From Lepidodermella squamata (lineage: Eukaryota > Animalia > Gastrotricha), in the NCBI GenBank assembly GCA_047495785.1, contig JBLDXI010000030.1:62001-126000 (forward strand): 64,000 nucleotides of DNA, written 5' to 3'. The notes under the pieces are model-generated. The model saw nothing but the letters and a program-made list of their open reading frames with translations, had not been told where the DNA came from and did no database searches. A program made the position numbers and the translations under genes. Below, one piece after another: positions 36,716 to 50,720 of this stretch; the first letter of the stretch is position 1; every line of letters starts with the position of its first letter.

Positions 36716-37927
36716 TCATATAGCTGTTGTCTGATAAAGCATTCGGCTGAGAAAAAGAGAATCAACCGCGACCAACAGCATACTAACAGTGCAGATGAAG
36801 ATGAAATCAAGGTTGCGAATGGATGAGAACCATTTTTTAATTCTTCCAACTGGTTTGTCATCGTGTCTCTGCGAACGAAGTCTCGTAGCTCTCCAACAAG
36901 TGAGCAAAGCATACATAGTGCAGATTATGGCCGTAGCGTAGTTTGCCGTAAGTATCCAAAGCGCATCCGGGATGACAATTGATTTCGGAATTTGTTCAAC
37001 CAAGGATGTTTGAAGAACTGAAAATGCCAGCAAAATTGTGACGCAGTACATGGTTCTATCTGGAGCAGAAGGTTCAAGAAAAATGAACCCGAGAAGAACT
37101 GCAGATAGGCTGAAGCTCGGTAGAAAAATGTTGACAATGTAAGACGTGGGCACTCGGGTGAAACTGAATCTAGCGACAACGCTGGTATAAGTCTCATCCG
37201 AAACGTAAATAACTGTCCTATTTAAAGGCTTGAAGTAGTTTAGCCGCCACACTGAAGTCGAAGGGAGGAAAGGAGTATCCTTGTTATATTGAATTTCAGA
37301 GTCAGGGTCGGCTTGCAGAATAACGGAGGTATTTGTTGACCACGTTTCGATATCAACTGAGCAAACCTGTGAGTCAAATGGAAATTTTCGACGCTGAAAA
37401 ATTCTTGTTGAGCTTTCATTTCATCTTCATCATGAAAATTAAACTTACTTGAAATTGCAGTAGGTAGAAAAGCGACCTATTGGGGATAGAGTTACTCTTC
37501 CGTCTGCGTAAATTTTGATCTTCTCAGCGTTATCCATGAAGCTCTTCATTGAAACCTCTGAATATCCATTGATCAGGAAGAGGTTTGGAATCCAAGTAGA
37601 AGAAGCATCGACTGCGAATCTTCTGAGGCCGCCCCAGTCCGAGGCATTCCACCTTATGCAAGGGTGATTCCACTGGAAATCAATGGTCATCATTACTGTG
37701 AACCGTTCTTCTGGAATGTGCAGCTCTACGACCCGGAGTGGGTGAAATTTCGCGGTTACGATGGTTGCCATTGCATAGTCGTCTGTTGGCCGGAGTGTCG
37801 AATCGATGCTGCACTCCTCTTCAAAGTGTTTCTTAAGCAACACCGCTTTCGGTACAAACTTGCAAGGTACGAGATGTACGAAACTGAACACTACAGAGGC
37901 AACGGAATGGTAGAGAGTTAGCGCCAT
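36716..37927 (-). pseudogene. Cys-loop channel subunit (subfamily C) with a 1-bp deletion near 37385; pseudogene or homopolymer error
   Basis: Intron 37394-37448; after the acceptor the sequence reads GTCGAAAATTTCCA, one base shorter than paralogues (GAAAAATTTCCA); otherwise full length. Confidence 0.75.
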
Positions 37928-38062
37928 CGTTAAGCCTGAAAACTGAAAATATACTCTTTGTTAACAGCCGGTTTCTGACACTCTGCGGATATTAAACCTG
38001 CCGGCTAAAAAAATCATTTCAATGAGCAGAAAGCATATAAATTTATTTAAGCTGCGGAATCA

Positions 38063-39268
38063 CTAAGATAACATGCGGCCAAGGAAAACGGAATCAGCGA
38101 CGAACAACAGCAAACAAACGGTGCAAATGAAAATCAAATCTAGATTACGGATACGGGCAACGCATGTCGGGGCCTTTGCCTCTGCGTCCTTATCAGATCC
38201 TTGTGAGCTGAGTCTTGCTGCTATCCAACAAGTTAACAGAGCGTAAATGGTACAGATTATAGCTGTAGCGTAATTAACAGTTACGATACACAGAGCATCG
38301 GGGATAACGCTAGAAGTTGGTATCGCTTCGAGTAATGAAGCCTGAAGTACTGAAAAAGCGAGAAGAATAGTCACGCAATACACCGGTCTATCCGGGGCGC
38401 CCGGCTCGAGAAAAATGAATCCGAGGAGAACAGCGGATAGGCTGAAACTTGGTAGGAAAATGTTCACGATGTATGTAGTAGGAACGCGGGTAAACTTGAA
38501 TCGAACACTCGTCCTGTGATATGAATTGTTTGATATAGAAGGATCGTAGACCATTGCATGATTTGTTGTCTCGAAATTCGTCAGCCGCCAGACAGATGTA
38601 TGCGGTATGAACGGATTCTCTTCGCTAGATTGTATAGCGCAGTGGGGGTCGGCCTGGAGAGTTACAGTAGTATTATCGAACCATGATTCAACGTCAATCG
38701 AACAAACATGGCTGTCGAACGGGAATTTTTCAACGCTGATGGAGGATTAATTTAGAGTGAGTGGCAATATATTTGACAATATAACTTACTTGAAATTACA
38801 AAATGTAGAATAGCTTCCCATTGGGGTTATGGAGAAATATCCATCCCAAAAAATGTGGACTTGATTTGAATTCTCAATAAGACTTTTGAAGGACAAATCC
38901 GAATAACCATTGACAAGGTAGACAGGGGGGTACCATGTTGTCGATGAGTCAACCGCGAATCTACGGATGTTATACCATTCGGATTCGTTCCATCTAACGC
39001 ATGGGTGCGTCCAGAAAATGACTAATGTCATCATGACTGTCAATCGCTCTTCTGGAACGTTCAATTCAACGAGCCTTATGGGGTTGAAAGTCACGGTTAC
39101 GCCTGTGGGTACTGCGTAGTCGTTGGTTGGACGCAAAACTGAGCTGATACTGCATTCCTCTTCAAGATGCGATCTCAGCAATTCTGCTGATGGGACGAAC
39201 TTTCCAAGTGCATGATGTGTAAATGCAAGGACAACAATGAAAACAAGATACAGCAAATACTTTCCCAT
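38063..39268 (-). CDS. Divergent Cys-loop channel subunit (subfamily C)
   Basis: Intron 38736-38789; CNFNVEKFPFDSHVC. Confidence 0.92.
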
Positions 39269-39725
39269 TGCAGATATGATGAAATTGGTTTTTTTTGAGG
39301 AGTTGTGTGAAACAACCGTTTGTTTTTAACATACCGAAAGCTCGTTTTTTCGTTCGAATCAATGCTACGCCGGGCAAACTTCCGACTAAGTGTATGTTTC
39401 GCAGAGGTCACTAGAGTTATAGCTAACATTATATTTGATCCGCTTTTCGTTATTTTTTGTAAAATCGATCAAATTCTGAATTTTTCTTGGACAGGCTTCA
39501 ATGCAAACGGAATGGGAGATTTTGATTATTTAAAAGAGAAATATAATATATTCAGCGAAATGATCACTCCATCGTGCCACTTATATGAGGAATCCATTTA
39601 AATCAGATTTTTTTCATCATTTGGGCAGCTATAACTCTCCCCTACAGTAGGAACTTGCGGTACCCATTAACCGTAAATGGAATGTTTTATTATATTACTT
39701 TGCCACTTTTTCAGAAATTTTATTA

Positions 39726-40220
39726 GGGTGCCAACTTTCATACATAAATATGTATGAAATTTTTACCTTTCATACATATTTATGTATGACAAAATTAACT
39801 TTCATACATATTTGTTTTCATTAAATTCGAGCTGAAAACATTAGGGAAATGCCAGATGACTAGATTTCGGTTTATGTGAAAGAAAAACGGGGTTCCGAAA
39901 GAGTAGTCAATTTTTTCCGCATGAAAATGGTTATTGGGGAAGCGCAAGGGCCCAAAAATCGAACTTTGTCGAAACCCGAAACTCGAACTACCCTGACCCT
40001 AAACCTTAACCGTGAACCCTAACCAAACCCTAAACCTAACCCTAACCCTAACCCGAACCCTGGCACCTAACCCTAACCCCCAACCCCAATTCCTAATCAC
40101 AGTTTGGCTAAAAAACACGATTTTATGAAAAAAAATATGTATGAAAGTTAATTTTGTCATACATAAATATGTATGAAAGGGAAAAATTTCATACATAAAT
40201 ATGTATGAAAGCGCACTTCG
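39726..40220. mobile_element. Mutator-like non-autonomous element with about 79-bp inverted arms and internal degenerate (CCCTAA)n
   Basis: 9-bp TSD ATTTTATTA (39717-39725, 40221-40229); arms 39735-39813 and 40133-40211; telomere-like repeats about 39990-40085. Confidence 0.8.
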
Positions 40221-40298
40221 ATTTTATTATAGGGTCTGAGTGAAAAAGAGAAACTCATAAAACAGGAATCATGCTTCACTGTTGACCTTGCCATTAAT

Positions 40299-41453
40299 TT
40301 ATGTTGTAATCATACGGAACAATACAGCATCAGTTATCAGAAGTATGAAGCCCGCACATCCGAAGAAACAGCAATCCATCCAACGTATTCGCGTTATCGA
40401 TCGTTTTGTTATCTGTTGCTGAAAGTAGGGCAAAGAAGCGAGATAGCATGTCACCAAAGTATAAACCGTGCACGTGGCCCCCGCGGTGAATTGTGCCATT
40501 ACAAAAATTACGGCGTAAGGTACAACATTCGACTGCGGTATTATGTCAAGAATAGTCGATTGCAAAACTGAAAATGCAAGCAGCACTGTTATGCAGAACA
40601 TAGGACGATCGGGTGAATCTGGGGCGATGAAAACTCCGCCGAATAACACAGCAGATAAGAAGAAACATGGGAAGAAGATGTTTACCAAGTAGCTATTTGG
40701 CAATCTGCGGAGCTGAATCGAAAAAATTACGCGATCGAATTTTGATTCAACCATAGGATAGCCGATAGCTCGCTTGCTGGCAGTATAACTAACCCCACTC
40801 CACACGGATGTGCTAGACAGGAATGGAAGATCTTCCGAATCTGTTATGAAGGTTTCATTCGGAAGTACCAGTCCCAATACTTTGTCATCTTCCCACGATT
40901 CAAACTGAATGGAGCAGGACTGTTGGTCAAAAGGAAATTTCTCCAAGCTGTCAGCGTTTTTTTCAAAAACAAATTTTTCACTTAGTCGCTGAACTTACTT
41001 AAGGGGACAATAAGCGGAGAAGCTTGACGCAACGGAAAATTGTACCTTACCAGAGTCCATGAACGTCACTGCCACACCTTTTTCGACGTAGTCTTTAAGA
41101 GAAGCTTCTGAGTCGCCATTAACGAGGAAGATAGAAGGCAGCCACGTTTCTGATGGGGCGACATCAAACCTTGTTGTATGACCCCACTCCGAGGCGTTCC
41201 ACCGAACGCAGGGGTGTCTCCAACGTTGGATCATCAACGCTAGGATCGTTAGTCGTTCCTCCTTCTCGTTGAGCTCACGAAATCGAATCAGGGAGAGAGA
41301 TTCACCCACCTCGATAGCCTTCCTGCCGTCTTCAACAGGAATGGCTCGGCTCAGAATGCCGCATTCCTTCGCGAAATGCTGCTTTAATTGCTCACCATAT
41401 GGCAAAAATGCAATCGTTGACTTAAAAAAGCTGATAAGCAGGAAGAGTCTCAT
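40299..41453 (-). CDS. Divergent Cys-loop channel subunit (subfamily B)
   Basis: Intron 40948-40998; CPLNLEKFPFDQQSC; 367 aa. Confidence 0.93.
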
Positions 41454-41781
41454 GATTTGCTCGAATTTTAAAGCGATATAATTTTAAATTTAATACGCAA
41501 AACAAACATTTCGTTCCCTTATTTGCCGTTATGATTGAGAGTGGATTGAAAATCATGATCGGAAATGTTGCTGGAAGCTGATAGATGAGCTCTGATGCTA
41601 TTAGAGTGACATTAGAATCATTATATTGATTTACTTCGCAAGAAAAAACAGAAAAATTTGATTGAACGCGTTCTTCAAGCAGCATTAGGTCATACATATT
41701 ACGCATTTTTTCGTCCAATAATTCACACGGCCGGATACTCAGAATTCGGAACGAGTAAACTTTCGTCAAACCGTTTATTAC

Positions 41782-42990
41782 TTAACTCTTCATTTTTCCG
41801 AGCAAGTAGATGTCGATGATCAGGAGTAGCAACCCGCACGACCCATAGATAAAAACATCGATTAGTCGCATCAGCCTAACGCTTGGTAAATATTTAGCTT
41901 CCTTCCAAACAAGCCGCTTGAACCGAGAATGACTTGCCAAGCAATTAGTTATCAAAGAGTAGAAAGTAAGTACGACTCCAGCTGAAAGCTGAGTCATAAC
42001 AAAAACCAAAGCGTACGGAATGACGCTCGACCGCGGGATCATTTCAGTGATGCTTGCCTGAAGGACTGAGAAAGCAAGTAGCAGGGTGATGCAAAACATC
42101 GATCTATCGGGCGAATCGGGCGCGATGAATCCAGATCCGAAAAGCAAGGCTGAGAGGGAGAGGCATGGGTAGAATATGCTGACTAAATAGGCATCGGGCT
42201 TTCGTCGGATTTCTATCTGAAAGGACACTCGATCATACAGCTTGTCAGCGACCGCTGCGTATCGGACCGATGACCGATTCACGCTGAAACCAACCAGAGA
42301 CCAAACTGATGTCGAAGAAATGAATGGCGCATCCACTGTATCCGTTATACCAGAGGCATTCGCTAGTATATTCAAACGCTGGGTTGCGATACTATCATAC
42401 GATTCGAAGACTACAGAGCACTTCTGAAAGTCGAAGGGGAATTTATCTAGACTGATAGCAAGAGAAAAAAGATAGTAAATATTGTTGAAAAGAGATCGAA
42501 CTTACTCCAGCACGCAGACAGTGGAAAAGCTAACCGAAGCGGATACTGTTACGTAACCATCGTTTCTGACAGCAACGCCAGCCGAGTCTTGAAGAGCCTC
42601 TCGAAGAGATACCTCGGCGTTGCCATTAGCTAGGTAAATCGAAGGATTCCAAATCTCAGAATGCTCAACAGCAAATTTCGTGGTCCATCCCCAATCTTTA
42701 GGATCCCATTTCACGCAGGGGATTTGGTAGGCCATTACCATACTTAGAAGGATGTCGATTGTCTCATGAGGCTCGTCCAAGGCCCTTAGTCTTAGAGGGT
42801 TGAAGATGAATAGGATTTCGATCGTGTCATTGCCATTTTGAACAGGTCGCGCATTGCATAGAATGGTACATTGTTCGGCAAAATACCGTCTAAGCTGCTC
42901 TTCATGAGGCACAAACCTCGTTACATTTTGAGCAGCGGCCGTTGCTAGAACGGCAATGAGAACGAATGTTGTGAATCCCAATCTACCCAT
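41782..42990 (-). CDS. Divergent Cys-loop channel subunit (subfamily B)
   Basis: Intron 42452-42505; CVLDLDKFPFDFQKC. Confidence 0.92.
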
Positions 42991-43375
42991 CAGTCAGAAA
43001 TGGGTTATTACTATGGTTATGACTGCGATTCCAGCTTCGTGACATCATGAGCAAACAACGGAACCACTCTTAAATCCAGCACTATTAGTAATCACGTTCT
43101 GGCTGGATAACAACGCTGTTAGCTGAGATCAATCGATAACTCTGACGTGCAATACTGATTTAGCGATGCGACTCGTCAACTATAATATTTATTATTTTAC
43201 TAAATGCTATTTGTTCCATTGCGAAGTTAACGCCACCGATATGATGGCCGTTCTGCTATTCCAATGGACCGAAATATGTTACAAGATTAGTTAGTCGCTG
43301 CCTTCAAAATCACCTGATGATTGGAAGGGTTCTCAGGAGATTGAGACTCCATAATATTAGTGATCAAATTGTTCA

Positions 43376-44561
43376 TTAACTCATCATTCGTGAGAGTAAG
43401 TAAATGTCTATGATCAGAAGTAGAACTCCACACGATCCGTAGATTAAAGCGTCGATCACTCGAATGAGCGTAACGCCTGGCAAATATTTTGTTCCCTGCA
43501 AAACACGACGCTGGTATCGAGATCGCATAGCCAAGCAATTAGTTATCAAAGAGTAGAAAGTAAGTACGACTCCAGCTGAAAGCTGAGTCATAACAAATAC
43601 CAAAGCGTACGGAATGACGCTTGATCGCGGGATCATCTCAATAATGCTAGTCTGAAGGACTGAGAAAGCGAGTAACAGGGTGATACAAAACATCGATCTA
43701 TCAGGCGAATCGGGCGCGATGAAGCCAGATCCGAAAAGCAAAGCTGAAAGCGATAGGCATGGGTAAAATATATTGACCAAATAGGCGTCTGGCTTTCGTC
43801 GTATTTCGATCTGAAAAGACACTCGATCGAACAGCCTGCCGCTCATCGTGACGTATCCAACTGTGGACCGATTCACACTGAAACCAACTAGAGACCAAAC
43901 CGATGTCGGTGAGATGAATGGCGATTCTATCGTGTCTGCTATACCAGAAAAATTGGTATGTATGTCTAATCGCTGGACGTCTTTATTATGGTACGATTCG
44001 AACACTACGGAGCACTTTTGTGAGTCGAATGGAAATTTAACTAGACTGATAAAAGGGAACAGGTTTAAAGCAGCTTAGACGAGATCGAACTCACTCAAGC
44101 AAGCAGGTTGTGGAAAAGCTAACTGCGCTTGATAGCGTGACGGAACCATCTTGTCTAAAATCGAAGCCAGCCGAGTCTGGGAAAGTCTCTTGAAGAGAAA
44201 CAGCTGCGTTCCCATTCACGAGGTAGATTGAGGGGAACCAAGTGTCGACTTGCCGAACTGAGAATTGCGTTGTCCATCCCCAATCTTTAGGATCCCATTT
44301 CACGCAGGGGTGTTTGTAGGCCATCGCCATAGTGAGAAGAATGTCCATTGTCTCGTGGGGTTCGTTCACTTCTTTCAGTCTCAGTGGGTTGAACACGAAA
44401 ACAATGTGGATGGTTTCATTGCCCTCCAGAACAGGACGTGCAGTACTCTGAATGCTGCATTGCTTATAGAAATATCGCTTTAACTGCTCTCCGTGTGGCG
44501 TATACGAAAGATTCTGAGCAGCGGCCGATGCAATATAGGATGCAATGAGAAAGATTAACAT
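43376..44561 (-). CDS. Divergent Cys-loop channel subunit (subfamily B)
   Basis: Start at 44561 (or 44603); intron 44046-44094; CLLDLVKFPFDSQKC. Confidence 0.92.
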
Positions 44562-44697
44562 TTTTGTAATGCCGAAACTGTCGAAAACTGCGATCTTTGG
44601 CATGAGGTTGACGGATTATCGGAGTTTCGCCTCTGTGTACTTTTACGATCTACGTCGAAATTGTGCAAACAACGGAACCACTCAAAACAATGCAGCA

Positions 44698-45014
44698 CAG
44701 AGAGCGGAGTACCGCTAGGGATCGTAGGGATCATCCTTACCAGTTTAAACGGTCCGCAAGGTGAAGTCAGTCAAAGTAGAAGTAGGAAAGGGGCCCTTTG
44801 GTCTTCGGGCGGAGTACATGGAGTAGGACGGGTATCGTACCCCCAGTTCAGCAAGCTAAAGTGGAAAAACCCCTAAAAACCACCCTTTGGTCATAAATTT
44901 GGGGCCCGAAAAAATCCCATAATTCGAGGATCCTACTTCGCGCACTGCAAAGGGGGTACCCTTATGTCGATTTTCCTTATCCTAGCCAGTTCTTCAATTC
45001 TACTTCGCTCTCTG
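44698..45014. mobile_element. hAT-like MITE (317 bp)
   Basis: 14-bp TIR CAGAGAGCG(G/A)AGTA; TSD ATGCAGCA/ATGCAGCG (7/8). Confidence 0.85.
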
Positions 45015-45389
45015 ATGCAGCGCTATGCGGCGATCTTACTGCTGGGACTACTTGGGTGTTTTCAAATTCAGCCATTAGCCATTGCTTGGCTAGTTACTCT
45101 CAGGTAAAATCCGCATCTCATGATTGATAAAGAAATTCTTTAATTACCTATAAATGTCAGAGACAGCTATCGACTCACTTCTCATGTCGGCTACTTGGTG
45201 GAGGACATATATTTGCTTTTGTCGAAAACACCTTGCTGAAATCGCAGCTTTCCAATTAGGTGAATAGCAAAAATTTGATAATGAGGATGCGGTGTGATAA
45301 CGACTTGAATCTGATACAAGGCGCACACGGTCTCTTTATTGTCTCCACATTCATGTTCTAATTCTTTCAATTAAATAAAGTCTCAAGAT

Positions 45390-46567
45390 TCAACTGAGCA
45401 TTCTAGCAAGATAATACAAATCAGCTATCAGTAAAAGAGAAGAAATTGTAGTAATGAATAACACATCAAGTTGCCGAATAAAACTAAAAGATTTCGATAT
45501 GAAACAAGTTTTCACTTTCACCCGACTCAGAATACATGCGAGCAATGCGTAAGCAGTACAAACGATTGAGGTTACGTAATGAGCGGTTACAACACAAACT
45601 GCATATGGGATGGAACTTGAAGTAGGTATCAGTTCTACTAGGGACGATTGCAGGACAGAAAAAGCTAGTAAAATTGTCACGCAGTACATAGGCCTGTCCG
45701 GAGCTTCCGGGTCTAGAAAGATGAAGCCCAGCAGAACGAAGGATAGAGAGAAACTAGGCAGGAATATGTTGATGATGAAACTCAACGGTTTCCTGACGAA
45801 GCAAAACTCGACTAGGACTCTGTCGTAGGTATCTGATGAAATGTTTGGGTCGTATCGAACCTCCTTATCAGCTACTTTGAAGTAATCCAAGCTCCATACT
45901 GATGTCCTTGGAATAAATGGACTGCTCTCGGACTGCTGAATCGTTGAGTCGGGGTCAACTTTGAGGCTGACTTTATGATTCGGTGACCAAGATTCAACGT
46001 CGATTGTGCAGACGTGACTATCAAATGGGAATTTTTCCACGCTGAAATACAACATAAAATTAATGAGCTTCATAAATCAGGAAAGACTTACTCGAAATTG
46101 CAGTAGGTTGAGAAGCTTCCCATGGGTAATAGATAGACACTGCCATCGGAGTAGAAATTGATTATTCCAGAATTTTCGATGAAGTTTTTGAAGGACACTT
46201 CATTGTAGCCGTTAATTAGATAAATATTAGGGTACCATGTTGTGTAATAATCCACAGTGAACTCCGGGGCGTTGTTCCACTCTGATTCATTCCAAGCCAC
46301 GCATGGGTGGCTCCAAATGGCGTATACACCCATCATGACTGTGAGCCTCTCATCAGGTACGTTGATCTCGACAAGCCGAATTGGATTGAAGCCAATTTCT
46401 ACCTTGGTTGGCTCACTGTAGTTCATCGTAGGCCTCAGTTTGGAGGCAATGCCGCATTCCTTCTCGAAATGTTGCTTCAACTGCTCAGCTTTTGGCATGA
46501 AATCAGCTTTCATCTGACCTAGACAAAATATCACTATGAAGAATCTCCCAGTAGTTACCACGAACAT
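45390..46567 (-). CDS. Divergent Cys-loop channel subunit (subfamily C)
   Basis: Likely ATG at 46567; intron 46042-46091; CNFDVEKFPFDSHVC. Confidence 0.92.
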
Positions 46568-46794
46568 TTTCAATGAAAATAGACTTATGAAGCGGATAGC
46601 GGATACGCAAAATGGCGGAAAAATAATTGTTTTTATACAAAAAGGTAGCCCTACGACACTCGCCAAGACTTGAAATCAATAAATGGCTTGATGATATAGG
46701 TGGGAGTTGCAAGTAAAATGATATTTACAGAGCATTGGCTTTGGTTTAACCTGTATCACTATTTATTTTACCTAGAATTTATTTTCGTTTTCGA

Positions 46795-48080
46795 TTATTC
46801 CAGCATTCTTGCTAGGAAATAAAAATCTGCAATCACTAGGATACTCGTTGCTACAGATATAAAAACATCATCAATTCTGCGTATGAAGCTGTCAATCGGG
46901 ATTGAAATGCACTTCGGCCGACTTGAATACGGCGGGCCCTTCTGAGAAGCCAGGTAGCAAACTACCAATGAATATAGCGTGCATGAGATTGCAGCTATGT
47001 AATTGACAGTCACAATCCACACTGCGTAAGGTATGACACTGGAACTCGGGTTCAAATCGATAATAGACGATTGGAGTACGGAAAATGCCAGCAGGATAGT
47101 CACGCAATACATTGGCCTATCGGGCGCTCCTGGTTCCATGAAAAAGAAACCTAAGAGAACAATTGATATGCTGAAACTCGGCAGGAAATTATTCACGATG
47201 TAGCTGGTTGGTTTGCGTGTGAAACTGAATTCGACGCTGGCTCGGTGGAAATGGCTGGGAGAGATGATGTCTTCGTATTTTATGATCGCGTTTTTCGTCT
47301 GTAAACCAGTTAGTTGCCGCACTGATTTCGACGCCACAAAAGGACTGTTATCGGCCTGTTGTATCACCGTGTGTTCAGTAGCTGCCAGAGTCATTGTCTT
47401 ATTGCTATTCCACGATTCTATATCCACTGCGCAAACTTGCTTGTCGAACGGAAATTTCTCAACCCTGTCCGAAAAAGAGACATCCGACATTGCGTTGAGC
47501 GTTGAGGGAGCCGACATTGCGTTGAGCGTTGAGGGAGCGTGAAAATTGTAACTTACTCAAAATTGCAGTAAACTGAAAATAGGCCCAAAGGTCCTACTGA
47601 AATACACCTTTTCGTTATCCTTGAAAATGTCTTTTAATGTAACTTCATCATAACCATTTGCGATGTATACATCTGGGTACCACGTAGAAGACGCCTCAAT
47701 GTAGAAGTAATCCACGCCGTCCCAATCTGTTGCGTTCCAATGAACGCAGGGATGTTCCCAGAAGAAATTGGCCGACATCATTACTGCGAAACGCTCCTCG
47801 GGTATGTTAAGCTCGACCAAGCGAATAGGGATGAACTGCACATCTATGTCGATGCTACAGTGAGGCGCCTTTGATTGCTAATAATCCTTGAGATTGATTG
47901 CAAGCCGGTATAAAATAAATAAATAAATAAAATTTCGTTGAATCTCTTCAGCGGGCGGAACTTGGAATTGAGGCTGCAATCCTTTTCAGAGTGCTGCCTC
48001 AATGCTTCAGCTGGTGGTACGAATACCGCTGAGGAAAACTGCAAGATGAGAAAAACAAGGATGAGACATTCTGTTTCCAT
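46795..48080 (-). pseudogene. Disrupted Cys-loop channel gene, paralogue of 55425-56615
   Basis: About 76-bp insertion in exon 1, frameshifting deletion before the Cys-loop, 27-bp tandem duplication in the intron (47484-47537), conserved W changed to R. Confidence 0.88.
47857..47932 (+). mobile_element. 5'-truncated retroelement 3' end with (AAAT)n tail inserted in a channel exon
   Basis: Absent from the paralogue at about 56465; ends in AAATAAATAAATAAATAA. Confidence 0.6.
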
Positions 48081-48630
48081 TTTTAATCCTCTTGGCCCAT
48101 TCATTATTAGAATTAGCCCCATGCGTTAGCTAAATGCTATGCTAAAATAAATAATTGCAACGATCCATTTCCGATTGAGCCATGTGACGTAGTTAACCTG
48201 AAATCCCGATCCCTACCAAATACTTAGTATCGCGAGTATTGAAAATGCCATTTTTTATGCGAGCTAACTGAAGGTAGTCGCTGTCGCGATTCGAGGTGCA
48301 CTTTGACTAATCAACTTCACTCTATGTACTTTTTTACATTTTTCTCATTTTGTTGACTTTATTCGACGTAATGCGATTATGGGACACATAAAGATATAAC
48401 GTTAGATGCTGAATATGTCTGGCTCAGATAAAAAGAGAATGCGGCTATTGATAAAAGACTTAATTAAATTTATAGTTGACATTGTAAGCTTGGCCCTGAC
48501 TAGGACCTTTTCTCTTCGCTGCAGATCCCAATGAATGCACACAAGGCACAAAATCTTGGAAAGTGAAAGTCAGTAATTGATTTTCCAAGTAAACTCATTC
48601 CACAATGACTGATTATTCACATAATTACTG

Positions 48631-49813
48631 CTATTCGAGCATCCTGCCTATGAAGTAGAAATCTGCGATGACTAAAAGGCCAGTGACAGTCGTGATGAAA
48701 ATGACATCAATCCGTCGCATGTAACCAAGGGATGAAATATTCTTAAAACACTTCAGGACCACTGGCAAATCTTCCAGTGATGTCAAGTAGCAAGCAACTA
48801 GAGAGTAGAGAGTGCAAACAATTGAAGTAATATAATTAGCCGTCACGATGCACACAGCGTAAGGTATGACACTCGAACTCGGAATGATATCAACAATAGA
48901 CGATTGGAGTACAGAAAATGCTAGCAGAATAGTCACGCAATAAACAGGCCGATCGGCTGCATCTGGCTCCATGAAAATAAAGCCTAGAAGGACAACAGAT
49001 AGGCTGAAACTTGGTAGGAATATGTTGACGATGTAGCTGATTGGATTGCGAACAAACAAAAACTCGACATAGGCCCGATGAAAGTGATTCAGAGAAATGA
49101 TTGCGTCGTATTTTATCAACTCGCCAGCAACCCGATAACCGGCGAGACTCCAAACTGACGTAGCTGTAATGAAAGGACTATCATCCGATTGTTGTATCAC
49201 CGTATTAGGATCAGCGGTTAAAACCATGGTTGAGTTGCCGTCCCAAGATTCGACGCCAACTGAACAAACGTGGCGATCGAATGGAAATTTGCTGACGCTG
49301 GGTGATATTTAAGATACATCAGGCATTATTGGATGAATTAGGAACTTACTCGAAATGGCAATAGACCGTGAAGCAGCCCAAGGGCATCAACGCAACCTCG
49401 CCCCCACTGTAGAAATAAGTCTTCTCGAAATCTTCGAAGATATTTCGAAATGAGACGTCATTGTAGCCGTTTACTATATAGACGTGGGGATGCCATGTCG
49501 ATGAGTGCTCAACAAAAAAAAAGGACGCGTTGCCCCAGTCTGAGGCATTCCAATGAACGCAGGGGTGTTGCCAGAAGAAATTCACTGTCATCATAACGGA
49601 TAGCCGTTCCTCGGGTACGTTGATCTCAATCAAGCGTATCGGGATGAACTGCACTGTTACATTAATAGGTGTTTCCGGGTTTTGAAGTGGTCGGAACATT
49701 GAATTGAGGCTGCACTCTGTCTCGAAGTGTTGCTTCAGTGCCTCTGCATACGGGACGAATATCGCTGAAGAGAATTGACAAATTAGTGCCAGTGAAAGTA
49801 ATCGGACCCACAT
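48631..49813 (-). CDS. Divergent Cys-loop channel subunit (subfamily C)
   Basis: Intron 49298-49349; CHFDVSKFPFDRHVC. Confidence 0.92.
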
Positions 49814-50465
49814 TCCTGCTGCTATAGACCCGAAATTTGACTTTATATAATCTAAGCTTCAAGACTTAACTTAACCGAAACCTACGGATCAGAATCCAAT
49901 ATAAACTTTTTTTATTATTTCGAAATCGATAAATCTAAATCAAAAACATCCGCAAAAATTTCACAAGTGCGCTGAATTTTAATTTTGCAGCCTCTCAAAC
50001 TGAACTTTCATAGCGCATGCTTTGTCTGTTTGCCCCTTGCGACAATACAGTTGAACAAAAGCGAAAATGAATAGGACAATGATATGTCTCTCCAGAGTTT
50101 GTTTTGTCAAAGAAACCTAGGTCAAAAGGACACAAGGAGACCTAGGGCATTCCCATAGCAACATTTTGCACTTTTATAATTAATTATGCAAATGAGTGTG
50201 AGAAAAACAAAAAACAAGATTTTTCCTCGAACCGTTTGCTGGCAAATTTTTCTTGTATCCTGCTTTTCTCAAACTAATTTGCATAATTAATTATAAAAGT
50301 GCAAATTGTTGCCACGGGTTCGGGTTGGTTTATTATTTATTTTATCATTTTTTTGCTAAGAATATTCGATCCGTTTATGAGATAACTATTCCAGCTTTCT
50401 TGAAGCGTAATATTTTATGGAATAGCGAAATCATTTCCGAGTTGAGATCTTCTCTAAGCCAAGCG

Positions 50466-50720
50466 TCAGACATCTATGCACTTCAGCCTCCTCGAATACA
50501 GCGGACTATTTTCAGAAGCCAGGTAGCAAACTAACAATGAATATAGCGTGCATGAAATTGCAGCTATGTGATTGATAGTCACAATCCACACAGCGTAGGG
50601 TATGACACTGGAACTCGGTATCAAATCGATAATAGACGATTGGAGTACGGAAAACGCTAGCAGGATAGTCACGCAATACACTGGTCTATCGGGCGCTCCT
50701 GGTTCTATGAATATAAAAGC
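50466..50720 (-). pseudogene. Relic covering the end of M1 to M3 of a subfamily C channel gene
   Basis: FIFIEPGAPDRPVYCVTILLAFSVLQSS...YLASENSP; cut on the 5' side by a MITE fragment. Confidence 0.85.

Noticed and set aside
39990-40085. Chromosome end or fusion scar; ORF 39999-40196
   Set aside because: Short degenerate repeat enclosed by inverted arms and a TSD; the ORF is a repeat translation
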